Source: Octopus sinensis (taxonomy: Eukaryota). From it: 64,000 bases of DNA. Where the stretch lies: positions 9,548,001 through 9,612,000 of the forward strand of contig NC_043018.1 of NCBI RefSeq assembly GCF_006345805.1. The letters run 5' to 3'. Position 1 is the first letter of the stretch. The number at the start of each line of letters is the position of its first letter. This document shows positions 63,146 through 64,000 of this stretch, one piece after another. Position numbers and translations under genes: made by a program. The notes below the pieces were generated by a model. The model worked only from the letters and a program-made list of their open reading frames with translations, was not told the origin of the DNA and made no database searches.

Positions 63146-63369
63146 ATGGCCTGCTCTCCTAATACCATACATGCATGCATGGCTGATGGACTCCCTCGTT
63201 GTATTCGACGAATGCGTGCCACAGAAATTTACTGACTGTTTTTAACTCTGTTTTCGAGTTTGTCGTCTGCGAGACACCAGACGTGCTTTGTTTTTGCAAA
63301 CCAGACCGCATCCTTCACGCACAAAATATGGAAAGGAAACTCCATCCTTTTGAACTTGCTTTAGCTCAC

Positions 63370-63411
63370 CTGGGTGCGCAATCCTTGTGTTGATATGGCA
63401 CCTGGTGCCAT
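63370..63411 (-). CDS. Candidate first coding exon (MAPGAISTQGLRTQ)
   Basis: gaaATGG start context, 14 codons, then a strong CAG|GTGAGC donor; non-repetitive sequence; no homolog recognised. Confidence 0.15.
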
Positions 63412-63618
63412 TTCGACAGAAATCCACCAATTACGGTCAACAGCACATTCCTCAAATTGTGATGCTTTCGTGTGTGTGTGTGTGTGTGTGTGTGCGTGCG
63501 TGCGTGTGTGTGTGAATGCATGCATGTATATTTATGTTCACGAAATGAAAATTAGCTAAGGTACAGAAAAAACCCAGACATATGTAATATATACACAGAT
63601 ATATATTTATATATAATA

Positions 63619-63982
63619 CTAGCACTATGACCCAGCGTTGCTGGGTTATAGTGCTAGTGCATGCATATACAGCTACGTGCGTGCACACATACACGTGAGT
63701 ACTGTCCAAATCTCCGACCAATCACATACAGCTAGCTGGCTTTCAATTGGTGTATCAAGTTTTGGGCATTTTGATTGGGTTTTGGATTGAAAATTCACAA
63801 AAAAGTCACTTCTATTGATTTTTTAATGGCTTTGCGTGGTGACTGGGGAAATGTAAAGATATGCACGACCACCCTTGGACGGTTTTGAATGACCATAGAA
63901 AGTACGAGCCCTCTAACTGAAAAATTGTGGATTTGTATAAAGGACACGCACACAGACATTTTGCCGTTTATATATAAAGAGA
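63619..63982 (-). mobile_element. Non-autonomous Helitron, 364 bp
   Basis: On - strand: A|TCTCTTTATATATAAA start; CCCAGCAACGCTGGG hairpin and CTAG|T end. Confidence 0.8.
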
Positions 63983-64000
63983 TACTTGGATCTTCACCTT

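Overview
AT-rich eukaryotic DNA made up mostly of repeats and microsatellites. The SINE families and the 5S sequence suggest an octopod cephalopod (Octopus-like); that assignment is my inference from recall and was not searched. I recognised no protein-coding gene and found only two weak exon candidates on the - strand. Almost all long ORFs in the track come from microsatellites or are antisense to transposon fragments. Identifiable content: (1) dozens of tRNA-derived SINE copies from about seven families, labelled A, B, C, F, G, H and V-like here; (2) decayed non-LTR retrotransposons of the CR1, Tx1/L1, R4/Dong, RTE and CRE clades; (3) several Penelope-like element (PLE) families carrying hammerhead-ribozyme (HHR) motifs; (4) mariner, GGATC-ended, Helitron and Helentron non-autonomous DNA elements; (5) one 5S rRNA-derived copy. 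The best leads are a 5S rRNA head fused to a CR1-type 3' tail (candidate SINE3), HHRs with very long stem II or recurrent non-canonical cores, a SINE whose tail matches a Tx1/L1 LINE, and one SINE head carrying three different tails. Boundaries were read by eye and are approximate (about +/-10-20 nt) unless a TSD or TIR is quoted.
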